The notes below the pieces were generated by a model that saw nothing but the letters and a program-made list of their open reading frames with translations, searched no databases and was not told the DNA's origin. Positions 28,041 through 37,607 of a DNA stretch of 64,000 bases are shown piece by piece. This DNA is from Trueperaceae bacterium (GTDB lineage Bacteria; Deinococcota; Deinococci; Deinococcales; Trueperaceae). Both the position numbers and the translations under genes were made by a program. The stretch lies in assembly GCA_965213925.1 (NCBI GenBank), contig OZ243927.1, positions 2,080,001 to 2,144,000 of the forward strand, in the 5' to 3' direction. Position 1 is the stretch's first letter. Every line of letters starts with the position of its first letter.

Positions 28041-29426
28041 ATGGACTACCGAACCGAAAAAGACACGATGGGCGAGATTCAAGTTCCAAGCAACAAGTAC
28101 TGGGGCGCGCAGACCCAACGCTCCCTAGAAAACTTCAAAATCGGCGGGCAGACGATGCCTTTAGAGGTCATCCGCGCCTTCGCCGTGCTGAAAAAAGCCG
28201 CTGCACTCACCAACGCTGAACTGACCGACTTCTCACAGGACAAAGCAGACCTCATCGCGCAGGTCTGCGACGAAATCTCCTCTGGCAAGCTTGACGAGCA
28301 CTTCCCCTTAGTCGTCTGGCAGACGGGCTCGGGTACACAGTCGAACATGAACGTGAACGAAGTCGTCGCGAACCGGGCTATTGAAATCAAGGGGGGCGAG
28401 TTGGGCAGCAAGACGCCCGTTCACCCCAACGACGATGTGAACAAGTCACAGTCGTCTAACGACACCTTTCCTACCGCCATGCACATCGCGGCGTACACCG
28501 CGCTAGTTGAGGGGATGCTGCCCAAAATTCTGACCCTTCACGACACCTTCCGCGCTAAGTCCGAGCAATATATGGACGTGGTCAAAATCGGGCGCACGCA
28601 CCTCATGGACGCGACGCCTGTGACGCTCGGTCAGGAGCTGTCGGGCTACGCCGCGCAGCTTCGCAAGGGGATGGAGGCGGTGGAGAACAGCTTGGAGCAT
28701 CTGCGCGAGTTGGCGCTAGGCGGCACGGCGGTCGGTACGGGTCTCAACACGCCAGAAGGGTTCGCAGAGCGGGTTGCTGAGAAAATCGCCGAGGAGACCG
28801 GGCACCCCTTCATCACGGCGGAGAACAAGTTCGAAGCGCTCTCGGCGCACGACGCGGTGGTGGAAGCGTCCGGGGCGCTCAAACGTTTAGCGGCGAGCCT
28901 CATGACGATTGCTAATAACGTCCGCCTCTTAGCCTCCGGTCCCCGTTGCGGCGTCGGCGAAATCATCATCCCCGAGAACGAGCCCGGCTCGTCCATCATG
29001 CCGGGCAAGGTCAACCCGACGCAAGCCGAAGCGATGACGATGGTCTGCGCGCAGGTCATCGGCAACGACGCGGCGATCACGGTGGGCGGAATGCAGGGGC
29101 ACTTTCAGCTCAACGTTTTTAAGCCCGTGATGATCTACAACTTGCTCACCTCGGCGCAGCTCTTAGGCGACGCTTGCCAATCCTTTAACGACAACTGCGC
29201 GGTGGGCATCGAGCCAAACGAAGGGCGCATAGAAGCGCACCTCAACAACTCGCTCATGCTCGTGACGGCGCTCAATAACCACATCGGCTACGACAAAGCC
29301 GCCAAAATCGCTAAGACGGCGCACGCGCAGGGGTTGACCTTGAAAGAGGCGGCGGTGGAGTTGGACATCCTCACCGAGGAACAGTTCGACGAGATGGTGG
29401 TGCCGGAGCAGATGGTGGGGCGTTGA
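28041..29426 (+). CDS. fumC: Class II fumarate hydratase
   Basis: [39 protein letters not shown] and [13 protein letters not shown] motifs. Confidence 0.98.
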   Translation: MDYRTEKDTMGEIQVPSNKYWGAQTQRSLENFKIGGQTMPLEVIRAFAVLKKAAALTNAELTDFSQDKADLIAQVCDEISSGKLDEHFPLVVWQTGSGTQSNMNVNEVVANRAIEIKGGELGSKTPVHPNDDVNKSQSSNDTFPTAMHIAAYTALVEGMLPKILTLHDTFRAKSEQYMDVVKIGRTHLMDATPVTLGQELSGYAAQLRKGMEAVENSLEHLRELALGGTAVGTGLNTPEGFAERVAEKIAEETGHPFITAENKFEALSAHDAVVEASGALKRLAASLMTIANNVRLLASGPRCGVGEIIIPENEPGSSIMPGKVNPTQAEAMTMVCAQVIGNDAAITVGGMQGHFQLNVFKPVMIYNLLTSAQLLGDACQSFNDNCAVGIEPNEGRIEAHLNNSLMLVTALNNHIGYDKAAKIAKTAHAQGLTLKEAAVELDILTEEQFDEMVVPEQMVGR

Positions 29427-29504
29427 GCGCTTAGGGGCTCGACCCTAAACCTGCCTCTCACGCACCCTACGTCAGCTACGCCCGAGGTACGTTACCCTTG
29501 GGGA

Positions 29505-30536
29505 GTGGCAAACAGCCTGACCGACCAACCTCTAAGCGCGCGCAAGCTCAAGCACGTCGAAGTGTGCTTAACCTACCCGGTGGACTATGAAACGCGCACC
29601 ACGGGCTTCGAACGCTTCGACCTGCCTTACGCCGCGCTGCCTGAAAGCGACCTAAAGAGCGTAGACACCCGCGCGACCTTTTTGGGAAAGACGCTCCGCG
29701 CGCCCCTGCTCATCGGCGCGATGACGGGCGGGGCGGAGCGTTCTGCCATGCTCAACCGCAACTTGGCGCTCGCCGCGCAAGAGGTTGGTGTGGGGCTGAT
29801 GCTGGGCTCGCAAAGGGTGATGCTCGAGCACCCCCACGCCCGCGCCTCCTTCGAGGTGCGCCCCGCTGCGCCCGATATTCTACTCGTCGGCAACTTGGGC
29901 GTCGCCCAGCTCAATAAGGGCTACGGCGCACCTGAACTAGACCGCGCCGCCGACCTCATCGGCGCGGACGCGCTCGCTCTGCACACCAACCCGCTTCAGG
30001 AAGCTTTGCAAGAGGAAGGCGACACGAACTTCGCGGACCTCTTGCCAAAATTGCGCGACCTCGTCCCCCGAGTCTCTTTTCCCGTTTTACTTAAAGAGGT
30101 TGGACATGGACTCAGCGGCGCGGTGGCTGAGCGCGTAAAAGACGTGGGCTTCGCCGCGCTCGACGTGGCGGGGGCGGGCGGCACCTCTTGGGCGAAGGTC
30201 GAGGAATACGTCAACTACGGCGAGGTGCGCCATCCGCAGCTCGCCGAGTGGGGCATTCCGACTGCAACCGCGCTCCAAGAGGTCCACGAAACGCTGCCGC
30301 AGATGCCTTTAATCGCCTCGGGTGGGATTCGCTCGGGGGTGGACGCAGCGAAAGCTATCGCGTTGGGCGCGGAGGTTGTAGCAGTCGCAAGACCGCTTTT
30401 AGAGCCCTCTACGGTGTCGTCTGAAATGGTCGCCGCGTGGCTCGAGCACTTCATCTGGGAACTTCGCGTCGCGATGCACTGTATGGGCGTGAAAGATATC
30501 GCGGCGCTGAAAAAGGTGACGTTAGGGCGGGTATAG
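29505..30536 (+). CDS. fni: Type 2 isopentenyl-diphosphate delta-isomerase
   Basis: RKLKH, AMTGG, GSQR, H.NPLQE, KEVGHG, GAGGTSW and ASGGIR motifs; leaderless TACCCT-N6-GTG. Confidence 0.96.
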   Translation: MANSLTDQPLSARKLKHVEVCLTYPVDYETRTTGFERFDLPYAALPESDLKSVDTRATFLGKTLRAPLLIGAMTGGAERSAMLNRNLALAAQEVGVGLMLGSQRVMLEHPHARASFEVRPAAPDILLVGNLGVAQLNKGYGAPELDRAADLIGADALALHTNPLQEALQEEGDTNFADLLPKLRDLVPRVSFPVLLKEVGHGLSGAVAERVKDVGFAALDVAGAGGTSWAKVEEYVNYGEVRHPQLAEWGIPTATALQEVHETLPQMPLIASGGIRSGVDAAKAIALGAEVVAVARPLLEPSTVSSEMVAAWLEHFIWELRVAMHCMGVKDIAALKKVTLGRV

Positions 30537-30542
30537 TGCGCT

Positions 30543-31301
30543 ATGAATCTACAACTCGAGGGTAAAACGGCGCTCGTTACGGGCGCATCTAAGGGCATCG
30601 GTTTCGCAGTTGCACAAGGTCTCGCTGCTGAAGGAACGCGCGTCATTTTGAGCGCGAGAGGTCAGACTGAGCTTTACAAAGCCGCCGAGAACATCCGCGC
30701 CAATGGGGGAGACGCCACCGCTGTCGTCGCGGACGTGAGCGACCAAAGCGGGATTGATGCGCTCTTTGAAGAGGTCGGAAAAATCGCCTCACCGGATATC
30801 CTCGTCGTCAACGCGGGCGGACCGCCTGCGGGCAAACCGACCGCGCTCTCACAGGAGGCGTGGGCGCAAGGCTATGACCTTACGCTTATGTCCGCCGTGC
30901 GTTTGGCATATAAGGCGCTGCCCGCCATGCAGGAGCGAGGCTGGGGGCGCATCCTCAACGTGACGAGCTTATCGGTCAAAGAGCCCATTGACACGCTGAC
31001 CTTATCCAACGCCTTTCGCGCCGCTGTGACGGGTTTCGCCAAAACCCTCTCCACGGAGGTCGCGGCGCAGGGTATCACGGTGAATAACGTCGCGCCTGGC
31101 TACACGGCAACGGAGCGGCTGAACGAGATTTTTGAGGGTGACGAGGACAGGGCGAATTTAGAGCGGAGCATCCCTGCGAAACGCTTCGCTTCGCCCGAAG
31201 AGGTCGCTGCCGCCGCCGTTTTCTTAGCATCACAGCAGGCGGCGTATATCACCGGGCAGACGCTACTCGTAGATGGCGGCGCGACGAAGGGTGTTCTTTA
31301 G
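30543..31301 (+). CDS. SDR family oxidoreductase (NAGGP subtype)
   Basis: TGASKGIG, VNAGGP, SNAFRAA, PGYTAT.RL and YITGQTLLVDGG motifs. Confidence 0.92.
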   Translation: MNLQLEGKTALVTGASKGIGFAVAQGLAAEGTRVILSARGQTELYKAAENIRANGGDATAVVADVSDQSGIDALFEEVGKIASPDILVVNAGGPPAGKPTALSQEAWAQGYDLTLMSAVRLAYKALPAMQERGWGRILNVTSLSVKEPIDTLTLSNAFRAAVTGFAKTLSTEVAAQGITVNNVAPGYTATERLNEIFEGDEDRANLERSIPAKRFASPEEVAAAAVFLASQQAAYITGQTLLVDGGATKGVL

Positions 31302-31706
31302 GGCGGCTGAAGAGACTGAGTCGCCCATACGCGCTTCGACCTCCGACGTTGCCCAAAGGCCCAGCGCAAGAGCCTATATTACTCAACCTCTTTGAATTGC
31401 GCGCCATCACTTTCCCTGAGGGAGTGCGCGGCGTAGGGGCACCTCTATACACCGTTGTATGAATCGACCCTACTGCATTCGCCTCTTTCTGTGACTTTTC
31501 CAGCGTGGTCTACCAGTATTACACTGGCGTTTCTCAAACCTCAACACGCTAACTTTCCCACGTTCTTCGCCCTTCAAACCCTCCAAAGTGACGTCCTGCA
31601 TACGTTTCTCGTGAAAAACACCATTCTCTTTTATAAAAATCCTGTCAGACTTATCGGTACAGGATAAGAGCCTGACATGCCCCTGGAGGGCGGAAAGAGG
31701 TAATGC

Positions 31707-32507
31707 ATGGATATGACGGAAATGATGAGCTACACCTGGGATTTTCGCCTCGTAGCGCTCTCGTACGTGGTGGCGTCGGTGGCGTCGTTCGCGGCGCTCA
31801 CGCTCGCGGGTAAGGTCAAGGACGCCGAGGGTCAAGGTCTCTGGATGTGGCTCGGCGGGAGCGCGTTCACGATGGGTATCGGCATCTGGTCGATGCACTT
31901 CGTCGGCATGTTGGCGCTGAGAATGGACATGCCGATGTCGTATGACCTCACGCTTACGGCGCTCTCGGTCGTCGCCGCGTTTATCGCTTCGGGCATCGCG
32001 TTCTACACGGTGAGCGGCGAGAGCCTCGGCGCGGTGCGCCTCTTGGGAGCTGGCGTCGTTATGGGCGCGGGCGTTTCGGTAATGCACTATACGGGCATGG
32101 CCGCGATGCGTATGCCCGCCGACATCTCCTACGACACCACGCTCTTCAGTGTCTCTATCGTGATCGCGGTCGTCGCCTCTATCGCCGCGATGATGCTCTT
32201 CTACTACCTCAACTTAGAGGAGACCGAGGAGCGCTTCGGTCGCGGAACGGTTGACCTCGCCAAAGGAGCCGCCGCGCTTGTGATGGGCGTCGCGGTCTGC
32301 GGGATGCACTACACGGGGATGTTCGCCGCGCAATACACGCCGACAGGTAACATGGCGATGGCCGCGCAGGGCATGGACCCCATGCTGCTCGCGGTTATCG
32401 TGAGCGCGGTGACGTTCGTTATCGTCGGGGTGGCGCTCGTTACGACGATGGCGGGGCGCGGGTTGACGCTCGAGGACGAACTCGAGTACGCCGAAGAAGC
32501 TCTCTAA
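31707..32507 (+). CDS. Stand-alone MHYT-domain membrane sensor protein
   Basis: GIWSMHFVGM, MHYTGMAAM and MHYTGM repeats, about 7 TMs and only a short acidic tail. Confidence 0.92.
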   Translation: MDMTEMMSYTWDFRLVALSYVVASVASFAALTLAGKVKDAEGQGLWMWLGGSAFTMGIGIWSMHFVGMLALRMDMPMSYDLTLTALSVVAAFIASGIAFYTVSGESLGAVRLLGAGVVMGAGVSVMHYTGMAAMRMPADISYDTTLFSVSIVIAVVASIAAMMLFYYLNLEETEERFGRGTVDLAKGAAALVMGVAVCGMHYTGMFAAQYTPTGNMAMAAQGMDPMLLAVIVSAVTFVIVGVALVTTMAGRGLTLEDELEYAEEAL

Positions 32508-32525
32508 AGCTTTTTCTCGTCAAAG

Positions 32526-32558
32526 AGAAGCCGGACTGAAACGCTCAGTCCGGCTTCT
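32526..32558. terminator. Bidirectional terminator between MHYT and rbsK
   Basis: AGAAGCCGGACTGA-AACGC-TCAGTCCGGCTTCT followed by TGTTTT. Confidence 0.8.
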
Positions 32559-32567
32559 TGTTTTCGT

Positions 32568-33497
32568 TCACTGCTCTAGCAACCTCTCTATCTCGCGCGC
32601 ACTCGGCAAGCTCGGCTGCGCGCCCTGCTTCGTCGCGGCGAGTGCGCCAGCGGCGTTGGCAAAATGGAGAGATTTTTCTAAGTTGTGACCCTCGGCTAAG
32701 CGCACCGCGAGCGCCCCGCAGAAAGCGTCACCCGAAGCGGTCGTGTCCACGACCTCAACCTGATGTGCGTCCAAACGACCCTCACTCGCCCCGCTCGACC
32801 AGACGACCCCTTGTGCGCCCAGCGTAATCACGACAGCGTCCACGCCGCGCTCCCTGAGCGCCTTCGCCGCCTCTCGTGCCGACGCTTCATCCGACACGCT
32901 CATGTCACTTAAAAACGCCGCTTCCCCTTCGTTGAGAATCAGGTACGAGAGGTTAGCGGTGAGGTCATCAGGCAGGTCTTGAACGGGCGCGGCGTTGAGC
33001 ATCACCGCGACATCATTTGCCCTAGCTCGCACCGCAACCTCAGCGACGGTCTCTAAAGGAATCTCGAGCTGCATCAGTACGAGCGCCACGCCGTCAAAGA
33101 GGTCCTCAGAGATGTATTCGGGCGTCAGCTTGCCGTTCGCGCCAGGGCTCACGATGATGGTGTTTTCGCCCCCTTCATCCACCGCGATGAGCGCCACGCC
33201 GCTCGGTCCTGAAATCTGCTGGACCGCCCGAACGTCTACCTTTGCTTTGGCTAAGCTCTCTAGGAGCGTGCTGCCATAACTGTCCGCCCCTACGAGCCCG
33301 AGCATCACTGCGCCTTCACTCGCGTTTCCGCTCGCTTTCGCCGCAGCAACCGCCTGATTTGCCCCTTTGCCCCCTGGAAAAGTCTGCAAGTCGCCCCCCA
33401 AAACGGTGTCGCCCGGCTCGGGGTGGCGCGCGACGTTCACGACTAAGTCCATGTTGAGGCTACCGACCACTAAGACACGCCCACCAGAATTCGCCAT
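32568..33497 (-). CDS. rbsK: Ribokinase
   Basis: VVGSLNMDLV, PGGKGANQAVAA, QLEIP, NEGEA, ITLG..G and VDTTASGDAF.G motifs; leaderless TATAGT-N6-ATG at 33497. Confidence 0.93.
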   Translation of the reverse strand: MANSGGRVLVVGSLNMDLVVNVARHPEPGDTVLGGDLQTFPGGKGANQAVAAAKASGNASEGAVMLGLVGADSYGSTLLESLAKAKVDVRAVQQISGPSGVALIAVDEGGENTIIVSPGANGKLTPEYISEDLFDGVALVLMQLEIPLETVAEVAVRARANDVAVMLNAAPVQDLPDDLTANLSYLILNEGEAAFLSDMSVSDEASAREAAKALRERGVDAVVITLGAQGVVWSSGASEGRLDAHQVEVVDTTASGDAFCGALAVRLAEGHNLEKSLHFANAAGALAATKQGAQPSLPSAREIERLLEQ

Positions 33498-33580
33498 AGG
33501 AGCACTATACGGGTTTAGCGTCATCAATTTGTAGAGGTTTAGCGGTTATTTGGAGCGTTTGTAAGCTACACTCGTTTGAC

Positions 33581-33991
33581 ATGTGGACGTTTCTCCTCTT
33601 CGTTCTGGCTAGTACCCTCGAGCACCTCACTCGCCCCTTCTTAGCCACGCTCACAGGGCGCACCTTTGCTTACCTCTTAAACGCGCGTCCTTTGACGCCT
33701 CACCTTTATGAGGTAGGCGCGCTCCCCGCGTTTGGCTTTAGAGCGACCGCGCAAACGTGGGGTGAGACGGTTCTAGTCGTGAGAGGCTATCAAACCCCGC
33801 GACTCTTGGCGCATGAAGCGGTGCACGTTGCGCAGTTTCGGCGCTACACGAGTTTGGGCTTTTGGCTTCTCTACCTCGGACAGTGGGTTTACGGTCTTTT
33901 CAGGACGCGGAGCCTGTACCGGGCGTACTTCGAGATGGGGCTCGAGCGAGAGGCGCGGCGCGAGAGCGTGCGCGCAGCTCGAGGTGAATAA
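33581..33991 (+). CDS. Small hypothetical protein with HExxH...ExEA motif (DUF4157-like)
   Basis: AQTWG, LLAHEAVHVAQF and LEREA motifs. Confidence 0.65.
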   Translation: MWTFLLFVLASTLEHLTRPFLATLTGRTFAYLLNARPLTPHLYEVGALPAFGFRATAQTWGETVLVVRGYQTPRLLAHEAVHVAQFRRYTSLGFWLLYLGQWVYGLFRTRSLYRAYFEMGLEREARRESVRAARGE

Positions 33992-34086
33992 CCTGTAGAT
34001 GTAGACCTCCTCCAAGGCGCGCCCTGTAAGCCCTCTTTCAGTTCGCGACCTCTTTCCCTCCTAGCATAGGCTCAGGAGGGGAAACT

Positions 34087-34863
34087 GTGAAAGACAAAGT
34101 TGCTTTTATCACAGGTGGCGGCTCCGGCATTGGCGCGGCCACCGCTAAACTGCTCGCGCGACAGGGTGCCAAAGTTGCCGTTTCGGGGCGGACGAAAGAG
34201 GACCTCGACGCGGTGGTTGGAGAGATCGAGGACGCGGGCGGCGAGGCTCTGGCTATAACTGCAGACATCGCTAACGTGGACGACCTCAAGGAGGCTTACG
34301 CGCAAGTAGTAGAGACCTACGGACACTTGGATATCGTCTTCGCTAACGCGGGCGTCAACGGGACGTGGGCCCCGATTGACGAATTGGAACCGGACGAGTT
34401 TCGCAAAACGGTGGATATCAACCTGAACGGCACGTTCTTTACGATCAAATACGCCGTGCCGCACCTTAAAGCGCGCGGCGGCTCCGTGGTCGTGACCTCG
34501 TCGGTCAACGGGACGCGCAACTTCGTGAACAGCGGCGCGACGGCCTACTCGAGCACCAAAGCCGCCCAGGTCGCTATGACGAAGATGCTCGCACTCGAAC
34601 TCGCCAAAGACCGCATCCGCGTCAACGTGATCTGTCCCGGCATGATCGACACCCAGATCGACGAGAATACCGACCGCGAAGACTTAGACCAGGCGGGCGA
34701 ACCCGTCGAGTACCCAGCGGGTAAAATACCTCTTACAGACGGCGAGCCGGGCTCCTCGGAGCAGGTCGCGCAGCTCGTAGCGTTTCTAGCCTCGGATGCG
34801 TCGAGCCTCATCACTGGAACTGAAGTGTGGATTGACGGAGGACAGTCGCTGTTGCAGGGGTAG
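34087..34863 (+). CDS. SDR family oxidoreductase
   Basis: TGGGSGIG, ANAG, YSSTK and ITGTEVWIDGG motifs; AGGAGG RBS. Confidence 0.95.
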   Translation: MKDKVAFITGGGSGIGAATAKLLARQGAKVAVSGRTKEDLDAVVGEIEDAGGEALAITADIANVDDLKEAYAQVVETYGHLDIVFANAGVNGTWAPIDELEPDEFRKTVDINLNGTFFTIKYAVPHLKARGGSVVVTSSVNGTRNFVNSGATAYSSTKAAQVAMTKMLALELAKDRIRVNVICPGMIDTQIDENTDREDLDQAGEPVEYPAGKIPLTDGEPGSSEQVAQLVAFLASDASSLITGTEVWIDGGQSLLQG

Positions 34864-34942
34864 CGAGTGCGCCTACATTTTGCGCCCGAACGCTATTATT
34901 TAGCGCGCGAGTGGGTAAGCTAGACCCTACCAGGAGGTAGCA

Positions 34943-35326
34943 ATGGCAAGCGAAATCGCAGAAAAATTTATGGACGGTCTGCAAACGATTGAGAAGGAGA
35001 ACCAGGTGGACGCCCTTGTCGAGCTGTTTAGTGACAAGGCGGAGCTGACGCGGCTGACGCACAAAACCTACGAGGGCAAGGACGAGGCGAAGAGGTTCTG
35101 GCAGGAGTATCTGGAGCCCTTCGATGAGGTCCACACCGAGTTCTTCAAAGTCACCGAGGATGACGAGACGGTGGTGCTCGAGTGGGAATCCAAGGGCAAG
35201 CTCGCTAACGGTCACGATATCGACTATCAGGGCGTCAGCTCGTTCGATACCGAAGGGGGCGAAGTGGTGCGCTTTCGGACCTACTACGACTCCGCTGCTT
35301 TTTTACCGGAGGGCGCGGAGCAGTAA
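34943..35326 (+). CDS. NTF2/SnoaL-like protein
   Basis: LF..DA-like segment, G....RFW..Y, VLEW, Y.GVS and FRTYYDSA; AGGAGG RBS. Confidence 0.85.
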   Translation: MASEIAEKFMDGLQTIEKENQVDALVELFSDKAELTRLTHKTYEGKDEAKRFWQEYLEPFDEVHTEFFKVTEDDETVVLEWESKGKLANGHDIDYQGVSSFDTEGGEVVRFRTYYDSAAFLPEGAEQ

Positions 35327-35351
35327 GGTTTATAAATTCTAGTGAGTCACG

Positions 35352-35375
35352 AGGGCAGGTTTAGAGCCTGCCCTT
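35352..35375 (+). terminator. Probable terminator hairpin
   Basis: AGGGCAGGT-TTAG-AGCCTGCCCTT after the SnoaL gene. Confidence 0.55.
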
Positions 35376-35380
35376 CTACG

Positions 35381-35566
35381 TACACTGTCAGCTAAGTTTT
35401 GCGACACTGATGTCACCCTGAGCCGAAGGCGTAAGGGTCTCGTCTTTCAATCTCAATCAGGGGAGTCAGCAAGGTCAGAGATTCTTACGCTCCACTGCGT
35501 GGAGTCTATCCTATAGCTCGCTGTAGGGCTCAGAATGACATGTCTCATCTTTTAGTTGACAGTGTA
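35381..35566 (+). mobile_element. MITE-like element copy C (186 bp)
   Basis: TACACTGTCAGCTAA ... TTAGTTGACAGTGTA (14/15 complementary). Shares TGTCACCCTGAGCCGAAGGCGTAAGGGTCTCGT exactly with copy A and CAGAGATTCTTACGCTCCACTGCGT with copy B. Confidence 0.8.
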
Positions 35567-35612
35567 CTTAATCATTTGCTCACACGCACAAACTGCGCCG
35601 TTGCGAGGCGCT

Positions 35613-36779
35613 CTAACGCAGAAACTCGAGCACGCCCTTCGCCAGCACCTCTACGGCGATAGGCAACGCATCCTCGTCCAGGTCGAACTTAGGGTGGTGA
35701 TGCGCGTAGTGTGCGCCTTTCGCTTCGTTTCTCGCGCCGACGAAGAAGTAGCAGCCCGGCGCGCGTTGGAGCCAGAGCGCCATGTCGTCGCCGCCCATGA
35801 TCGGCGGGGCGACGAGCACCTTGTCTCCGACAACCTCCGCCGCGACCTCTTTCAACCTCTCTGTCATCGCCTCATCGTTCACCACGGCGGGCGACTGGGT
35901 GATCCACTCTAGGCCCGCCGCGCCGCGCATACTGTGCGCTGTGTCCTCGCTAAAGCGCTGGATTCTGCCCTGCAAGAAGCGGCGCGTTTCGGGTAAAAAC
36001 GTGCGGAGCGTGCCCTTGATTTCGACATTTCCAGGAATGATGTTGTACGCGGTGCCGCCGTGAACCGAGGTCAAGCTGATGACGGCGTTATCGAGCGGGT
36101 CAGTCTCGCGCGAGACGAGGCTCTGCAAGCCCGTGATGAGGTGCGCAGCGATGAGCACGGGGTCCACGCTTTCGTGCGGACGCGCCGCGTGACCGCCCTT
36201 GCCGGAGACGACGAGCCGGAACGAATCGGTCGCCGCCATCGCAGGACCGCTGCGCACGGCGACCGTGCCGGTCGGGAACTGCGAGCTGAGGTGCAAACCG
36301 ATGCTGTGCTCCGGTTCGACGCCGCCTAGCGCCCCGTCCTCCAACATCGCCCTCGCGCCGCCGACGATCTCTTCGGCGGGCTGAAAGATAAAGACGACCT
36401 TGCCGGATTCGCGCTCGCTCAAAATTTTTGCCACGCTCAGCAGCACCGCCGCGTGCCCGTCGTGTCCGCAGGCGTGCATTTTGCCGTCTATATCTGAGCG
36501 GTACTCGGTCGTCTTTTCGTCGTGAATGGGTAGCGCGTCGATGTCAGCCCTGACTAACACGGTTTTACCCGGCTTGCCCGAATCCAAAACAGCGACGACG
36601 CCCGTTTTCCCGACCTCGCGCCGCACGTCGAGCCCGAGGCTTTCGAGCCGCTCGGCGATAACGCCGCTCGTCCTGACCTCTTCGAAGGCGATTTCGGGGT
36701 GCTTGTGAAAGTCGCGGCGCGTCCGAACCGTTTCCTCGCCCAGGGCTCTCGCGGCTTCTCGCAGCGAAGTGTCAATCAT
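35613..36779 (-). CDS. M20D family amidohydrolase
   Basis: RRDFHKHPE, RADIDALP, MHACGHDGH, FQPAEE, GKGGHA and HHHPKFD motifs. Confidence 0.95.
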   Translation of the reverse strand: MIDTSLREAARALGEETVRTRRDFHKHPEIAFEEVRTSGVIAERLESLGLDVRREVGKTGVVAVLDSGKPGKTVLVRADIDALPIHDEKTTEYRSDIDGKMHACGHDGHAAVLLSVAKILSERESGKVVFIFQPAEEIVGGARAMLEDGALGGVEPEHSIGLHLSSQFPTGTVAVRSGPAMAATDSFRLVVSGKGGHAARPHESVDPVLIAAHLITGLQSLVSRETDPLDNAVISLTSVHGGTAYNIIPGNVEIKGTLRTFLPETRRFLQGRIQRFSEDTAHSMRGAAGLEWITQSPAVVNDEAMTERLKEVAAEVVGDKVLVAPPIMGGDDMALWLQRAPGCYFFVGARNEAKGAHYAHHHPKFDLDEDALPIAVEVLAKGVLEFLR

Positions 36780-37257
36780 GAATTTCTCCTAACGTCAAGA
36801 CTATAGCGAATTCCGTTTCTGTAATGCGCATCACGCTGAGGCGGTTGCCGCGCTGGACGAGTTTCATCTCGGCGAGCGCGCTTTCCTCTTTGATCTCTCG
36901 GAGGGACACGAACCGCTTTAGCCGGTAAAGTCCTTTCACGTCTACCGCTGACCAGCGCGGCTCCTCTTCGGACGCCCTTTCGTCGTAGAAGTCGCTCGCC
37001 GCGTCGAACTGCGTCGGGTCGGGATACGCCGCGCGCACGACCTCCGCCACGCCGACCACACCGGGCGGCTTGCAGCTGGAGTGGTAAATCAGCGCCTTGT
37101 CGCCCGCGTTCATCTCGCGCAGAAAGTTCCGCGCCTGAAAGTTGCGCACGCCCTCCCACATCACGCCTTCTGACGCAGCGCGCTGCTCGGGCGCGTCTAA
37201 GAGGTCGCCGAAGCTGAACACGCCGGGTTCGGTTTTGAGGAGCCAGTAGGAAGACAC
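36772..37257 (-). CDS. EVE domain protein
   Basis: YWLLKTEP, WEGVRNFQARN, YHS, YPDPTQFD and RLSV motifs; leaderless TACAAT-N6-GTG. Confidence 0.93.
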   Translation of the reverse strand: MSSYWLLKTEPGVFSFGDLLDAPEQRAASEGVMWEGVRNFQARNFLREMNAGDKALIYHSSCKPPGVVGVAEVVRAAYPDPTQFDAASDFYDERASEEEPRWSAVDVKGLYRLKRFVSLREIKEESALAEMKLVQRGNRLSVMRITETEFAIVLTLGEIHD

Positions 37258-37307
37258 GAGGCGATTGTAACGCGCCGAGGTAGTGGCGTATCAGAAACAG
37301 AGGATAT

Positions 37308-37607
37308 CAGGGCTTACGCATGTAGATTCGTGACGTCCTATTCGCGTTCGATATGTAGCTTTTTAAGGGACAGAATTCGGCTTTATACCCTCTTCGAGCG
37401 GATTCTGTTTTCGTTTCGAAAGGTTCACAGCGACTTCTTTCAAAGAATTGGCGTACATGCGTACGCCCTAGGATATTGAGAAAGAGAACTCTGAGAATTG
37501 CTTTGGATCAAGTATCTACGTTCTTTCCATCTTTATGCGGTTCTATACGGTGAGCACCTTTTTCTAACGTGCCACCTACAGGGGCTGCTATTCGTAGTAG
37601 CCCCTAC
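37308..37607. repeat. Cluster of degenerate GTAG-type REP-like sequences (inverted pair plus single hairpin)
   Basis: CAGGGCTTACGCATGTAG (~37308) is an inverted match to GTACATGCGTACGCCCTA (~37453). AGGGGCTGCTATTCGTAGTAGCCCCTAC lies at ~37580-37607. Confidence 0.5.

Noticed and set aside
31470..32087. 205-aa His/Arg-rich minus-strand ORF
   Set aside because: Antisense shadow of the MHYT gene.
35613..37257. EVE + amidohydrolase overlap as a modified-base defence or processing system
   Set aside because: Both are common stand-alone families with no nuclease or methylase nearby; adjacency alone is insufficient.
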